DNA of 64,000 nucleotides from Giardia intestinalis (Eukaryota): NCBI GenBank assembly GCA_000002435.2, contig CM018791.1; one strand, 5' to 3'. Shown piece by piece: positions 63,201 to 64,000 of this stretch (position 1 is its first letter; each line of letters starts with the position of its first letter). The notes under the pieces were generated by a model. It saw only the letters and a program-made list of their open reading frames with translations, ran no database searches and was not told where the DNA came from. The position numbers and the translations under genes were made by a program.

Positions 63201-64000
63201 CAGGCCATCTTTTATTTGCTGCTCATTTACAGCAATCTGATGGGAGACGTGTTACGGCTAAATGCAAATCAAGGAGGCTTTTTATCTATCGACTTTTGGA
63301 AGGCCTTCAGCCATCTTGTAGGGAATCTCCTCACAGGAGGAACCTTTACCCACAGGTACCACGAAGGCTCTACTAGCTCGAGAGCTATCCCTGTCTTCCT
63401 TTTATATGAAAACGCGCTCAGAGCAAAGGACTCGAAGCAAATAGCCTCTGACCATGATTCGGATCTTGGATCTGCACCTGCCCCAATGCCCTCTGCAGAT
63501 TCCTCTCTGGGTGAACTAGAGGCTTTTAGGAATGCTTTGTTTATGGACAACAAGACATGCAGTCTACGTCCCTATGCACTGTCTATCTTTGAGCGTGTCT
63601 TAGAGGAATTACCTAAGACGTCTAGCTATGATATTCTACCACACATTATTCATACTGTATACCCCGATGCAGTTATACCCTTGCCACTTGGATACACTCT
63701 GGGCATAATCCTGGCCTCCAGCCCTGCCTTTGACGAGACCCCCACCGCTGCTAAGTGGGGCTCCATCCCACTCCCATCCGTCTCCGTGACTGACCAAATA
63801 TCATCTGGTTTCCCTTTCGTTAAGCATAGTAGCCTAGAGAGGAGTACCGCCTCCAACACTACCTTAGATGATGGCTACTTTTCAGACTATGGTTGTTTGA
63901 ACGCTATCAGGAAGGATATGCGTACACAACCCTATGCATTACTATCTAAGAGCATATATGAATCTGTGACTCAACTACGTCGGTCGATTTCGACTGTTAA
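60249..64000 (+). CDS. large hypothetical protein (>1250 aa), 3' end beyond window
   Basis: Manual frame scan shows the frame with codons starting at positions divisible by 3 has no stop from the TGA at 60189-60191 to the window end. The first ATG is at 60249 (MVMGRRRPKYY...). It is not in the ORF track because it has no in-window stop. Confidence 0.55.
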   Translation, partial: MVMGRRRPKYYLYIDGCYSKKGHVCSLNNKALNRLLDYARTTSENISFIFQYLGSCTKKYAHKNKIPHLQVSCEVYKRLFYECFSFISSSWYTLLIDVSLFLLASSGFTIRCIGLDLFATFYAIPINISQISRTVSQGRKLTTSSLQYIDLPLDRSDAVATFLRNNQERLLRGINSLAASLTRFNPAFPFLDMLAIHFASTLCFLWLYFTYCTLLLNVGEANINYRNLAGALLVAYTISRNIGVLDNLAGAIQVSINSGQILLQRNVEILLDYYNLYHRVLSNALSNKDVMLRGPMATPRGLPSSFAETEKGTPWSSLLAVLECSAGLSTNAMVVNDINFLFDKDRTRSFPEQGVLCYWRLIIKSLSLVFQEQVEDATKPLLTEDKSSTSLMLIEKPASVLDSNAARVLALFSKTRTEILFRLINGVSDGSHVLVHAPSIFHWAQHHILTSRVVSATMLRLLVLELVKFRQMCLLAGTNIQISNVYLHGIATVLLMDCPYALFNLILAMIMSQQSSKDIEPDVVRQLFIHCAEPDTLEASFLADFLLPADAEKVVSDSLLLQMRDDISIIAIELLGALPYLNNELSRIFLKRLYKLLYHLRTFFFTKIIALEPSVQAAYDTFLSKIHDMLLQHAMVIVSSGFSNAQIQLDVILKAQVNNLSLSTEMERREFPQGSTDRLHDEPSNQSKCTAVRQADKHKRLTSTLTNMTLYDHRVSCTDDADLLSFTSLQSLQSKCGQYDSRPYIFECIKASRFWEVLITVTSSCFRDRLSNVKYGVDHLVTDFLCCSCFRALVNILHESPSSNYACPPTLTIRRPSSSAHVHPYSPFESNITNSAFFHDASVNLFEQMPFQDHEVSAGAYYNTGDPNDTTDNAGSSLSLGKSTISVIGSQAVRLSAYLTAISMTPLEPQAPSQSIKDEPYHTLAFAAKNREPGIDIPQAFLAQQETGSSEPALLRSPISTYTLIATILSETTLMKTLLSCVRGQAIFYLLLIYSNLMGDVLRLNANQGGFLSIDFWKAFSHLVGNLLTGGTFTHRYHEGSTSSRAIPVFLLYENALRAKDSKQIASDHDSDLGSAPAPMPSADSSLGELEAFRNALFMDNKTCSLRPYALSIFERVLEELPKTSSYDILPHIIHTVYPDAVIPLPLGYTLGIILASSPAFDETPTAAKWGSIPLPSVSVTDQISSGFPFVKHSSLERSTASNTTLDDGYFSDYGCLNAIRKDMRTQPYALLSKSIYESVTQLRRSISTV

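Overview
The window looks like nuclear DNA of Giardia intestinalis (Giardia lamblia). Supporting evidence: (1) Cys-rich CXXC proteins ending in the VSP signature ...GGLVGFLCWWF(I/V/L)CRGKA*. (2) Each is followed by the VSP extended poly(A) signal ACTYAGRTAGTRAAY. (3) Ankyrin-repeat 'Protein 21.1'-like genes and a NEK-like kinase–ankyrin fusion are present. (4) A Giardia-type alpha-tubulin N-terminus lies at the left edge. (5) Genes are tightly packed and apparently intron-less, with A/T-rich sequence directly before the ATGs. Gene order: alpha-tubulin 5' end (-), WD40 protein (+), coiled-coil protein (-), ankyrin protein (+), CDC7-like kinase with a very long C-terminal extension (+). Next come two ~3-kb, >99% identical inverted copies of a frameshifted non-LTR (Genie/GilD-like RT + REL-endonuclease) retrotransposon at 11.4-14.3 kb and 22.7-25.7 kb. 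They flank an 8.3-kb segment carrying a NEK pseudokinase-ankyrin gene, an ankyrin gene and a lone VSP gene. The most striking feature is a 17.5-kb head-to-tail VSP array at 27.2-44.7 kb. It has one full-length VSP with signal peptide (27189-29351) followed by eight co-oriented 5'-truncated VSP copies. All eight begin at the same internal point, and five of them have no in-frame AUG at all. Every copy keeps its own TM/CRGKA tail and poly(A) signal. Copies are separated by a short (GGTGATA)-type decamer minisatellite and are patchwork mosaics of each other. This resembles an expression-site-plus-silent-cassette architecture (my inference). Downstream are GC-rich ORF-dense but probably non-coding sequence, a possible Myb/SANT-like gene, a 1670-aa HEAT/TOG-like protein, two signal-peptide/TM membrane proteins and a >1250-aa ORF that runs off the right edge. 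The supplied ORF track uses GTG/TTG as starts and omits ORFs without an in-window stop. Several start coordinates were therefore re-derived by hand.
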